Below, piece by piece: positions 9,429 through 20,849 of a stretch of DNA of 64,000 nucleotides. The position numbers were made by a program, and so were the translations under genes. Position 1 is the first letter of the stretch. Every line of letters starts with the position of its first letter. The notes under the pieces are model-generated. The model worked only from the letters and a program-made list of their open reading frames with translations. It was not told the origin of the DNA and made no database searches. This DNA comes from Macrostomum lignano (lineage: Eukaryota), in assembly GCA_002269645.1 (NCBI GenBank), contig NIVC01000992.1, positions 372,001 to 436,000 of the forward strand, in the 5' to 3' direction.

Positions 9429-12400
9429 ATGCAGTCGAAAGTTCAAATCGAAAATCGCGACAACCCGTCGACGGGGCTGCTGCTTGACGAGCCAATAGTG
9501 GCTCTGGGCGTCTCGCGGCTATCAAAGCCAACGGTGAGTTTCGCTTCCGGGATGTGCTTCGGTCGCCTGGTTAAAGTATTGATTTGTTTGATTTGCTATT
9601 ATTTATTACTTTACTGTTAGCGTTATCCTTTATAAAAAATTATTATTTAACTATTGAGCTACTTAGGCTTGCTCTGTGCTCTCCCTGAGTTCATCATGTG
9701 CTCTCCCTGAGTTCATCATGTGCTCTCCCTGAGTTCATCATCATGTGCTCTCCCTGAGTTCATCATGTGCTCTCCCTGAGTTCATCATGTGCTCTCCCTG
9801 AGTTCATCATGTGCTCTCCCTGAGTTCATCATGTGCTCTCCCTGAGTTCATCATGTGCTCTCCCTGAGTTCATCATCATGTGCTCTCCCTGAGTTCATCA
9901 TGTGCTCTCCCTGAGTTCATCATGTGCTCTCCCTGAGTTCATCATGTGCTCTCCCTGAGTTCATCATGTGCTCTCCCTGAGTTCATCATGTGCTCTCCCT
10001 GAGTTCATCATGTGCTCTCCCTGAGTTCATCATCATGTGCTCTCCCTGAGTTCATCATCATGTGCTCTCCCTGAGTTCATCATCATGTGCTCTCCCTGAG
10101 TTCATCATCATGTGCTCTCCCTGAGTTCATCATCATGTGCTCTCCCTGAGTTCATCATCATGTGCTCTCCCTGAGTTCATCATGTGCTCTCCCTGAGTTC
10201 ATCATGTGCTCTCCCTGAGTTCATCATGTGCTCTCCCTGAGTTCATCATGTGCTCTCCCTGAGTTCATCATGTGCTCTCCCTGAGTTCATCATGTGCTCT
10301 CCCTGAGTTCATCATCATGTGCTCTCCCTGAGTTCATCATGTGCTCTCCCTGAGTTCATCATGTGCTCTCCCTGAGTTCATCATGTGCTCTCCCTGAGTT
10401 CATCATGTGCTCTCCCTGAGTTCATCATGTGCTCTCCCTGAGTTCATCATGTGCTCTCCATGAACTTTCCTGAGATCTTCTTTAACCATCAATGAGTAAA
10501 AAATGTTTTTCTTCATTGCAGACTGCTTCATTTTTCAATCGGTCGCAACAACTTCAAACTAAATCGGTGAGAACTTCTGACTAATTTATTAGGTTTTTTC
10601 ACCTTGGTTACCTACAATAATGCATCTGCATATAAATTTACATTAAATAAGCAATTTTAACACGATTAAACAAGCTTTTAACGTTAAAGACAGGCTATAG
10701 AGTCATTTAAATGCACAATGCAACGCATGGATAAAGAAATGCGATTGGTTGCTGGAAGTGTCCTGGGTTCGATTCCTGTAGCTCTTCCAGGAAAGCTGGT
10801 CGGGTGCTTTGTGCAATTCAGGCCCGTGAGAGCCAAGCCGCAAGACACAATGTGTATGTACATGCCTAACGAGGGGAAGTCACGGCCGCTGCACACCCAT
10901 GTGAATGTGCCTCTTGATAACAAGCGTACTCCCTTGCTTCTCCCTTGATTCTATGGTGCGTTAGCGGTTTACAGAAATACTCAGACCGCAACGCCAAATT
11001 TTAAGCAACGCAGCAGTTTCACGTGTATTATTAAACCTACAACGTCTTATTAATTAGGAAACTAACACAAGTAGTCTTCTTTCACAACATTTTCTCTCTT
11101 CTCTCTCTCTATCAGGCCAGCATCGACACAAAGGACGAGCGTCAGAAAGTGCAGAGCATGTACCTAGCGGCCGTGGAGCCTCTATTCTCCTTAGTAGCCT
11201 CCTATCGACGCCTCATGATGGACGAGGATCTCTGGGACGGCGTGTACTTTCACACGTTCGGCAACAGCAAGACAACTGTGCGACCCTATTGGCATCGATT
11301 GGAAGTGTCGGAGAGTCTGGTTCGCTACTGGGACTCCATCGTGCATCGTCTGGGCGTCACTGACAGCAGTTTGTCTAAGCGCGGATTCTACGTTCTGGTG
11401 CCGATGTGCGGCTGCTCCAAGGACCTGGTCTGGCTGTACAGGCAGGGCGTCTGCGTCACCGGTATTGACAGCAACCAGCGAGTGGTGAACGCCTTCATCA
11501 GCGTGAGTGGCAGAGCTTGTTTGTTTGATTGAGGCCTTAAGGCAGTTTTAATCCCTGTCTTTTTCCTTTGGCTTAAAGGCATTATAACTATGGCTAACTT
11601 CTGGGATCATGTTCCCTAACCATTCTGTTCGAAAGGAATCTCAAAAGGAGATTTATTTATATATTATTTATTTTATTGCACCTGCCCTAATGGGACAGAT
11701 GTGCAACCGACAGCTCAGCCGCAGCTATTGCGCGGTGCATCTGAAGGCTGCGTACGGCTGTTCAGTCCAAGGACTGGGGGTCGCCACACACCCTCAATTA
11801 CCCCAGCTAATGCTGGCACCCATTTTACAGCTGGGTGAACTGAAGCAATGCAGAGTTAAGTGTATTGCTCAAGAACACAAATTCTTCCGAGTGGGTCGAG
11901 AATCGAACTCCCGACCTTTCAGTCGTGAGTCCGACGCTCTCGAAAGACCGTAAATACGGTCTCTTGCTGCGAAGACTCAAAAGGAGTACAACTACAAGAG
12001 GGGAAATCGAACCCTTAGATGCCGGAGCCCCAGATTCCTAAATTCTTTTAACTAAATCGATTTGAGAACTTTCTCCAACGCACCAACAAACCACGAACTC
12101 ATATTCGTTTGCAGAGCAACCCAGACCTAAAGCTGGAGCGCTGCCTCCTGCCCAGCGGCACTCTGTTCTGTCGAACTTCCGATCGACGACTTCGAATATT
12201 TGTTTGCAACTTCTTCACCTGCTCGTCTTACCTGGACCATCACTACAACTTTGTGTGGGACCGCTGCGCATTCGCCTGCCTGAACGTCGACCAGAGAAAG
12301 GCCTACGTGCGACAGCTGATGCACTGCCGGGCTGAGAACTTTCACATCCTGATCGAGACTGTCGAGTACGAACCGACGGTGTTCCCGCTGCCGCCGCATC

Positions 12401-12603
12401 CGGTGTTCTTGGGTGAGATTCGCGAACTATTCGGCAGGCATTTGCGGATTGAAAATGTGTCCCGATCGGCGGTCACTTTGAACTGGAAGTCGTCAGTCAT
12501 GAAGGAGCCTTTCAGGCAGCTGTTTGGCGGCCCGTTTATGCCCACTGATTGGGACCCGTTTCCAGGCGTCCTGCAGGTCGCTCTCATGTGCAACGAGCTT
12601 TAG
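9429..12603 (+). CDS. TPMT: Thiopurine S-methyltransferase-like SAM-dependent methyltransferase; 3 exons, 326 aa
   Basis: Exons are 9429-9533, 11116-11502 and 12115-12603; both introns are phase 0 with GTGAGT donors and CAG acceptors. Motifs include VLVPMCGCSKDLVWLYRQGVCVTGID, LRIFVCNFF, FVWDRCAFACLN..QRKAYV, TVEYEP..PP..V..GEIRELFG. Exon 1 is the least certain. Confidence 0.8.
9675..10459. repeat. 22/25-bp minisatellite (tgtgctctccctgagttcatca, with +TCA variants) in TPMT intron 1
   Basis: About 34 tandem copies. Confidence 0.95.
10688..10915 (+). mobile_element. Diverged tRNA-derived SINE sharing a central domain with the family at 19377 and 52139
   Basis: Box B-like CTGGGTTCGATTCC at 10763-10776 is followed by about 100 bp that align by eye to the other family (gtgcaat..ggcc.tgagagccaa..tgtacatgcctaacga..ggccgctg.acac). 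Confidence 0.6.
11652..11940 (-). mobile_element. tRNA-derived CORE-SINE, copy A (5'-truncated), in TPMT intron 2
   Basis: It is the reverse complement of 49243-49520 at high identity, with box B GGAGTTCGATTC, the core segment and an A-rich tail. Confidence 0.85.
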
Positions 12604-12924
12604 TGGCTGGCATGACTGCTTTGTAGAAAATTAAATTAAAACATAAACAAATGTTTGTTTTAAACATGATTAATTAAAACATAAATAAGCATCGTTCGAA
12701 TTCAAGTTTTATTGTCGAAATCAGATAGATAATCAATAATAATATAATTCTTTTATTGGATGCAAAAAATTTAGCAAAAAAATATCGAACGTACGTGCTA
12801 CCAAAACTTGTTTATCGAAATTTATCATTCTTAATTAGAAATATTTTCTGGATAAATTTGTTTTGTTTAAATACGTACTGTTGATGCTTGGATAGGAACA
12901 ATAGCGTACACTGTCTTGCTGTCT

Positions 12925-13525
12925 CGGTGGGTGCCTCCTGTCTCTTTGTGAGCGCCCCCGGTCTCTTGATGTGTGCCCCTGTCTCTCGGTGAGTGCCCCT
13001 GTCTCTCGGTGGGTGCCCCTGTATCTTGGTGAGTGCCCCTGTCTCTCGGTGGGTGCCCCTGTCTCTCGGTGAGTGCCCCTGTCTCTCGGTGAGTGCCCCT
13101 GTCTCTCGGTGGGTGCCCCTGTCTCTCGGTGGGTGCCCCTGTCTCTCGGTGAGTGCCCCTGTCTCTCGGTGAGTGCCCCTGTCTCTCGGTGGGTGCCCCT
13201 GTCTCTCGGTGAGTGCCCCTGTCTCTCGGTGGGTGCCCCTGTCTCTCGGTGGGTGCCCCTGTCTCTCGGTGGGTGCCCCTGTCTCTTGGTGGGTGCCCCT
13301 GTCTCTCGGTGAGTGCCCCTGTCTCTCGGTGGGTGCCCCTGTCTCTCGGTGAGTGCCCCTGTCTCTCGGTGGGTGCCCCTGTCTCTCGGTGAGTGCCCCA
13401 GTCTCTCGGTGGGTGCCCCTGTCTCTCGGTGGGTGCCCCTGTCTCTCGGTGGGTGCCCCAGTCTCTCGGTGGGTGCCCCTGTCTCTCGGTGGGTGCCCCT
13501 GTCTCTTGGTAGGCGCCCCTGTCCC
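12925..13525. repeat. 20-bp minisatellite (gtgcccctgtctctcggtg[g/a]) between the convergent TPMT and lysozyme 3' ends
   Basis: About 30 tandem copies. Confidence 0.95.
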
Positions 13526-13707
13526 CTGTCCCCTTAGGCCATGCAGCGGTTGCAACGTCCAAGAGATGACATAAATTGAGCTCCTGCCATTGTTGAGCTT
13601 AGTTGACTCTTATGTAAATTTAAAAAACTTGAGCAATCTGAAATTTCACGTTATCTCAAGTTATTGTTAGAATTTAAACTTTAATTGTCCCATTTTTAGT
13701 GTTTCTC

Positions 13708-15924
13708 TCAGTAGGAGCATTCTCTGTTAATTTTGCCATGCATGTTATAACAAAAGTATATCCAGAGGTACCACTGGCTAGAGCGCGGCATGCAGGCCTG
13801 CACCCGTTTCCAGTAAGCCAAAGTCGACGCCTTCTTGCAGCCGTTCGGTCCTCCGTTGTGAATTCTGGCGTAGTCCTTCGGAGAGAAGAGTGACAGTCGA
13901 TATGTTATATGTAGAACGAGATTAAGGTTAGTGCGGCTTAAGGCAGTCAAAATGGGAGTAGCTGGTAAAATGGGAGTCAGGAAGGTCCCGAAATGGGAGT
14001 CAGAAAGGTCCTAAAACGGGAGTCAGGAAGGTCCCAAACGGTAGTTACGAAGGTCCCAAAACAAGAGTCAGAAAGGTCCTAAAATGGGAGTCAGGAAGGT
14101 CCCAAAACGGGAGTCAGGAAGGTCCCAAAACGGGAGTCAGGAAGGTCCCAAAACGGGAGTCAGGAAGGTCTCAAACGGGAGTCAGGAAGGTCCCAAAATG
14201 GGAGTCAGGAAAGTCCCAAAACGGGAGTCAGGAAGGTCTCAAACGGGAGTCAGGAAGGTCCCAAAATGGGAGTCAGGAAAGTCCCAAAACGGGAGTCAGG
14301 AAGGTCCCAAAAACGGGAGTCAGGAAAGTCCCAAAAACGGGAGTCAAGAAGCTCCCAAAACAGGAGTCAGGAAAGTCCCAATAACGGGAGTCAGTGGGGT
14401 CAAGACAAAAAAGAAATACCGTAGCTCGTGCATGCAACCGCCACTGTTTCCCTCTTACCTCGTCGGTTGGCACTTTGCCTTTGCCCACACAGTACTGACC
14501 GTATCTGGCCAGATAGTTTTTAACTGCTTCCACAGAGCAGGCCATATTGTTTGGTCCTGTTGTGCAGTTCTTCCAATCTGGAGAGTTAAACGGCATGTAC
14601 GTAAAATATGACATTTACAATTTTTATTTTAGGCTTTTTATAGGGGAAATCATTTGCATACTTGTGCGTTGTCTGTGGGTTGTCCATAGGTTTTCTGTGG
14701 TTGTCTGTGAGTTTTCTGTGGGTTGTCTGTAGGTTATCTGTGGGTTGTCTGTGGGTTGTCTGTGGGTTGTCTGTAGGTTTTCTGTGGGTTTTCTGTAGGT
14801 TGTCTGTGGGTTGTCTGTGGGTTGTCTGTAGGTTTTCTGTGGGTTTTCTGTAGGTTGTCTGTGGGTTGTCTGTGGGTTGTCTGTGGGTTGTCTGTGGGTT
14901 GTCTGTGGATTATCTGTGGGTTGTCTGTAGGTTGTCCGTAGGTTATCGGTGGGTTGTCTGTGGGTTGTCTGTGGGTTGTCTGTGGGTTGTCTGTGGGTTG
15001 TCTGTGGGTTTTCTGTGGGTTTTCTGTGGGTTGTCTGTGTGTTGTCTGTAGATTGTCTGCAGGTTTTCTGTAAGGTTTTTGTTGGTTGTCCGTAGGGTTC
15101 TTGTGGGTTGTCTGTGGGTTTTCTAAGCTTTATCGGAGGATTGTCTAAGGATTGCCAGCAGGTTGTCTGCGGGTTGCCTCAGGGTTTTCGGTGGGTTGCC
15201 TGTTGGTCATCTACAATTTTGCTAGTCATGGGCTGCCAAATTGGCTACCGCGCACTCACCGCCGCCCAGCTTTCGGCCGGCATATTCGCAGGCGTCCTGC
15301 CAGTAGGCCAGTTTAATCTGGAAGGGGCCACAGGAGTCGCTGCCTCGGTCCCACCAACAGCCAATCGCTCTGTTGCAGTTGGACTCAACCTGGCAAAGGC
15401 AGTCAATCAGCGATGACGATGGGGCAGTCGGCCTTTTCGGACTACCAGCAGGACATCTGCAGGCCTCACTACTCGTGTCTACTGGTGACCAGTAGTAGAT
15501 TCCGTGCCCATATTGTGTTGATAGCTTTACTTTTATCCAATTCCTGTTGCAAGCGATCGCGGTTTGATGTTGAGCTTGGATTTTGAGAGTAGTTTGCAAA
15601 TTTTCCCCGATCTCGAAGAGTTTCCTGCCGCACGCTTTAAAATGGAGAAATTCGTTGTTGCTGTGTTGTGACTAGTTTACCTTTTAAAAAGGCAAAACAT
15701 ATTTAATACGTACTTTTGCCTTTTTAACTATTTCGAGTAATTTGTTAGAGAACTTTGCAGATGCGTTAATACTTACGGAAGTTGTACATTGCAGCACCCA
15801 TAGCAGTCCAGCTGCAAGTACATTCGCTTTCATTTGTTCGCTCAGTGAATCGCAACTCAATGGCACACACTTGTACCGTCCCTGCAACAAAAAGTAGCAA
15901 ATAGAAAAACGATGAAGTCGACAT
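13708..15924 (-). CDS. Invertebrate-type (i-type/destabilase) lysozyme with an N-terminal extra domain; 4 exons, 269 aa, secreted
   Basis: Exons are 15924-15777, 15634-15260, 14577-14459 and 13875-13708, with matching phases 1, 1, 0 and GT-AG ends. There is a signal peptide (MSTSSFFYLLLFVAGTVQVCA) and the motifs CLCQVESNC, DRGSDSCGPFQIKLAYWQD, ACSVEAVKNYLARYG and EDYARIHNGGPNGC. Confidence 0.92.
13965..14395. repeat. ~22-23-bp minisatellite (gggagtcaggaaggtcccaaaac) in lysozyme intron 3
   Basis: About 18 degenerate tandem copies. Confidence 0.9.
14665..15125. repeat. 11-bp minisatellite (gggttgtctgt) in lysozyme intron 2
   Basis: Tandem copies are directly visible. Confidence 0.9.
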
Positions 15925-18900
15925 ATTTTGCATAGTGCATGGCGCGGTAAGACGTGTTGCCGTATAGTAGGCTCGAGTTCTAAACACCTTAATAAGTTGA
16001 TGCTCTCTGTATGCATCAATCTTATTCGAATAATATAAGGCATTTAGTGGATAGAAAAAGTTGTTTACTTTTAACCCCGTCACTGCTTCATGTTTAGTAG
16101 CTAGCTAGCTCCGCTGTACATGTTACTACTGACAGGCAGATGAAGTTCGTAAACATTTCTAGAAGGAAGGCTGATTGATACCTGTGCAATATGCTTAATT
16201 CATACATGCTGTTTAAATGATGTAGAACGAGAATGGAAGCTGTGATTATATATTAATAAGCATAGTTTAGGAAATAGAAGAAAAGAAGAGTTAAAATTGT
16301 GATCTATTGAGATGTGATCTAATCTATCTATATCTAGCAAGGATAGATCAGAGCTAACAACTCATACGAAGGACAACAATAACCGCGTGAACGACAGAAC
16401 CGTTTGAGAACGTAGAAAAGGACGGAAAGTCGAACGCGTGCGCTTACACTCGATTTTCTTCGAATTAATACGCATTACCCCCTAGAATATTTGGATTTCT
16501 TTGGCCTATTAGAATGGCTCAGGATGTACATAGTATTTATACATATAAACTCCAGTTTGGCAATTAGTTCACATGTGTAGTGAATCGGCCTAGAAAAACA
16601 TTTTTCGCCGAATTTCGTCGGTTCAATTACAGTGTACATGCGCTCTGGATGGCATACATCCGATTACATGTACAGTATGTACAAAATATACAAAAATGTA
16701 CTACTAGCGGTACTATAAAAATGCATTTCCTAAACGGTCTGTATAAATTAATTATCTATCAGAAAAACCTTTATCTTTGGCCCAGGGCCCAGGGTCTCTT
16801 CGAACCAACGTAAATTAAGTTGTCTCACCTCATACTGATTCTCCTAGTAGCTTGAAATCATAAAGCCAGAGATTATCTCTTATATTATCACCACCGAGTA
16901 GATCAGAGTTTTAGCTTATTAGACCAGCTATCCCTCTATTATATGATAATATTCAATTTCATGTCATGTAATTTTAGCGTGATTTTACACATACACTGCG
17001 TACATGTGCCATATATATGGCCCAAAATCAAGCAACAAAACCCGCTTGCAAACAACCCCAATTAAAAATGTCTTGCCCTTTATACTCAAACAATATAAAA
17101 AAGTCTGACAGGGTCCTCGCGAGCTGCTGGGGCCCAAAAGCTCCATGCTCACCCCAGGACCTCATGAATTTGCAAATACGTATGCACGCCATGTGCATGC
17201 AGATGGGTGTGTAATATACATGTACATGAGTAGACCGGAAGAGAAAACATAATTGGAAGGGAAGGGAGAACCGGAAACGTGGTTGCAGGTGGGAAGCAGA
17301 CTGCCAAGCTTTGCTTCAAGCAACCAACCAGACAGCTCGAAATTAAGCCATCAATCGTAGGCGCGCACACACGCACGCTCAACAGGCTCCCGAGTGTTAC
17401 CAATAGCAAGCTATATGGATCGGAGAATTGTCGCACACGGCTACAAAAATGGATTGCTGCGATACACTGCGGTACTCAAATAGAAGGGGCAGTGCTGGTG
17501 GAGTCAGAATTTTTACACCAGTGTGATTATTACGACGTTTTTCTCAATCTAAAACCCTTTTCGGTCGAGTTTCTAAAACGAATGCCTTCCATGGTTTGTT
17601 AAAGTCATATAATGCGTACTAATTCAAATTAAACTTTTTATTAGAACAAATATTCTTAAAATTGACGCGTTTAGAGCTAAAAAACGGTAAATTAATGTAC
17701 TGAATGAACCTTGCGAACCTTTTCCAATAAATACGAAGAAAGTTACCAAAAAAGACAATTTTCCTAGACTATATTAAGGTCAATATATTATTATTAGCTT
17801 TAATAATTATTATCAATAATTATTGATTAATATGATATTAATATGATATATATTATGTGCTTATCATTATCAATCTCAGGGATTCCTTGTATTAATTTTA
17901 GTTGCTATAGAGTATATGCCCTAAAAGGCATATACAGTATGCCTAAGTATCATAGCTTGGACTTAAATGAAATAATTTCCCAGCAGAAAAAAAATGGTCC
18001 TAAAAATCTGCAATTATGTTAACTTTGCCAAAACTATACTTATTGGCACATAATTTTCTTCAACTGTTTTTAGCACAGTTGTCAGATTTATGACATAATC
18101 ATACTAATCAATACATGTATATATTACTGTGCTAAGCAGAATGTTGCAAAACAAATTACTGTTGTGAAACAGTTATGACTGTGCCCAGTTGTGTGATAGC
18201 TGATACTATTGATTGAGCCCATTTTTTGTTATTGATTGGAAATTTTTTTCCATTTATTTGTTACTGTTTTTTATATACTATGGCATTTAACATAGTTGAG
18301 GAACAATTATTTCCTAATTGATTTCTAAATTTAAAGCAATAAGGTCAATGATATATTGAAAGTATAAAATATTATCATATTGTTTTTTCAAACAAAAATG
18401 CATAATACATTGTATGTTATATTTTTAATGAGTAGTAGGGCCTAGCTATTTCTGTAGATAGGTGTTTAGCAAAATAAGTATGCTGTTTATTATAGCAATT
18501 TTTTGGCAAATTGTTGGTGGTATTTTTGAAAAAATAATGTGGCAAATCTAAAAGCTACCTAGTTATCTAGATATCAACAAGCTTTAGATCTAAAAATTGC
18601 CTTGTAAAAGTTTAAGAATGTGACTTTTTGTTCTTCCTTAAATTGTAAACATTGCTTATGTAATATACTATCTTAAGCTTTTAAATATGTTATAACTTTA
18701 TTAAGGTCAGTGCCAATGCAGAATGAGGTATCCAGAAAGTTTTGACAGCAGCTATAAGCACAACTTTGGTGTAATTTTAAAGCAGCATATCTCTTTTTCA
18801 GATGAATTCAGTTGTGTGTATTTGGTCATTTCCTTCAAAAGTTATGATAAAACTATTGCAATGCCACTGAAAGTCTTACAGTAAAAGGTGAAGTACATAA

Positions 18901-19376
18901 CTTAGTTTCTTATGGATCTTGTTTACAGCATGCAAGTACAAGCATACACAAAATGGCTATAATGCACAGTGCATCAATCTCTTACTGTCCACCACTTCTA
19001 CATTGAGTATTATATACACTCTGTCACTTGTAAGCAAATCTCACTGTTTTGCACCTTGCAAAATTTTGTTTAGTCAAGTGTTTTGATATTTGTGATTTTT
19101 GACACTATCATGAGTATGCTGTCCAAAGAAGGCCAAAGGTATGGAATGCTCAAGGGGTGGGAAAATTGTGTTGGTACAGGTGGAGACTGTGTTAAGAAGG
19201 CTTCTTTGAAGGTTGATGATGAGGATGAATGACTAAAATTCGTTTCTTTGAGGACAAAACATCACTTTATATTTTTAAAACTTTTACTGTAAGACCATCA
19301 TTGGCATTTTTTGTCAATGGTTTTTTATTGCATTCAGTAATTGCTAATATATTGCCTTATAACTGTTGTTATACTA

Positions 19377-19742
19377 TTATTTTTTATTAGAGGCAGGGGG
19401 TTGTGTGCACCCTGGCGCACTTTAAGCGACATAGGCACACAACCGGCGAGAGGCATTACTGCCCATTCCGCGGACTCCCCTGGGCAGGCATACAAGCGCG
19501 CGGATACGTACGCAGGCACACACTCACACAGGAGTGTACATCGGCCCTAACTTTATTTTATCGTTAGGCATGTACACTTCACTGTGCCTTAGGGCGGTTG
19601 GCTCTCAAGGCCGTTTATTGCACGAGCAGAGCCAAGCCGAGATTCCAATTCAGCCCCAAATTAATGTGACTGCACTTGGAATCGAGCCTGGGTCGCTGGC
19701 ACACCAGAGCCTGCGCTAGACCGCTGGGCTACGGCCCCCCCT
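19377..19742 (-). mobile_element. Full-length tRNA-derived SINE (family 2) with a 13-bp target-site duplication
   Basis: The minus-strand head reads GGGGGCCGTAGCCCAGCGGTCTAGCG (box A) ... GGCTCGATTCC (box B), and there is an A-rich tail. TGTTGTTATACTA is duplicated at 19364-19376 and 19743-19755. A second copy lies at 52139. Confidence 0.88.
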
Positions 19743-19838
19743 TGTTGTTATACTAAGTTAATGCTTAAAGTCTATTCCTAATAAAATATAGTGTCAGAGA
19801 CTTTTGCCTCAACTTTCATCAACCAAACTAACTTTCAG

Positions 19839-20849
19839 GAGTCTCACCAGCAGCTCATACAGCAGCAGCTGCAGCAGCAGCATCAGCAGCAGTCACTGGC
19901 CAGCGCTGGTCGCCTTTTTGACCGGCTGTTCGCCCATCACAATGTCCTGTCTGGGGAGCTGGTGCATCTGCAACAGAGTCTGGAAGGTCGTCGTGGCGGC
20001 ATGGAAGAGTCCGCTAATCTGTTAAATAAATCTGCCGCTGACCTGACTACCTTGACTGACAGCACTGCGCCTGCCACCTGCGATTTGTTGTCAGCTAATC
20101 TTGCCGCTTGTAAAGAGGCTTGCGGCGCTGCGCTGAATAAGTTAGTAGCTATTAGCATGCGATTAACAGTGGTGGTGCTTAGTAGGATGTTTAGTTTTTG
20201 AGATGTTTGCTGACAGGTTTTTGAGATGTTTGCTGACAGGTTTTTTACATGTAGCTGTTTGCTGACAGTTTTTAAGATGTTTGCTGACAGTTTTTGAGAT
20301 GTTTGCTGACAGTTTTTGAGATGTTTGCTGACAGTTTTTTGAAATGTTTGCTGACAGGTTTTTGAGCTGTTTACTGACAGGTTTTTGAGATGTTTGCTGA
20401 CAGTTTTTTGAGATGTTTACTGACAGTTTTTGGGATATTTACTGACAGTTTTAAGATGTTTACTGAGAGTTATTTACATGCTTACTGACAGGTTTTTGAC
20501 ATGCTTACTGACAGTTTCGAGATGTTTACTGAGGCTCGTATCCAGGCTCTCTAACAAGCAATCGAATTCAGTTTTTAATCCACTCGTTATACCAACCCGC
20601 AGATGCGCCGAGATCAGCGACCGCGAGCGCCGATTCCTGGCCGCGCTACCAACCGAAGCGCCGGCGCCATCCACGACGGCGCCAATTCCAGCCGTTTTGC
20701 GAGAAGGGCGCGCCCAGCGCGAGGCTGTCTGGCGCGAGTACATGGAAGAGGTGCGCAATAAAGCCGCCAGGGTGGACGAAGATTTCTCCAAAGAGGTGGC
20801 TCGTTTAGAAGCCGAGTACGCTGAACTAGAGGCAAAGCTGGCTACTTAA
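19839..20849 (+). CDS. BLOC1S5: BLOC-1 subunit 5 (Muted); exons 2-3 identified, first exon not confidently located
   Basis: Exons are 19839-20140 and 20603-20849, joined by a phase-2 GTTAGT..CAG intron. RLFAHHNVLSGELVHLQQSLEGRRG and WREYMEEVRNKAARVDEDFSKEVARLEAEYAELEAKL match my recollection of Muted (RLLDHRPVIQGE..EFEEKRG; WDNFMKEQPNKRAEVDEEH..LKEQYAEMEKDL). Confidence 0.8.
20195..20535. repeat. ~21-22-bp degenerate minisatellite (ttttgagatgtttgctgacag) in a BLOC1S5 intron
   Basis: About 14 tandem copies. Confidence 0.88.

Noticed and set aside
9675-13525. Regular direct repeats that could be mistaken for CRISPR arrays
   Set aside because: The units are head-to-tail with no unique spacers, there are no cas genes, and the context is eukaryotic. 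The same holds for every other array in the window.
16121-16447. Possible LTR (TGTTA... / ...TTACA ends)
   Set aside because: There is no target-site duplication, no clear polyadenylation signal and no second copy.
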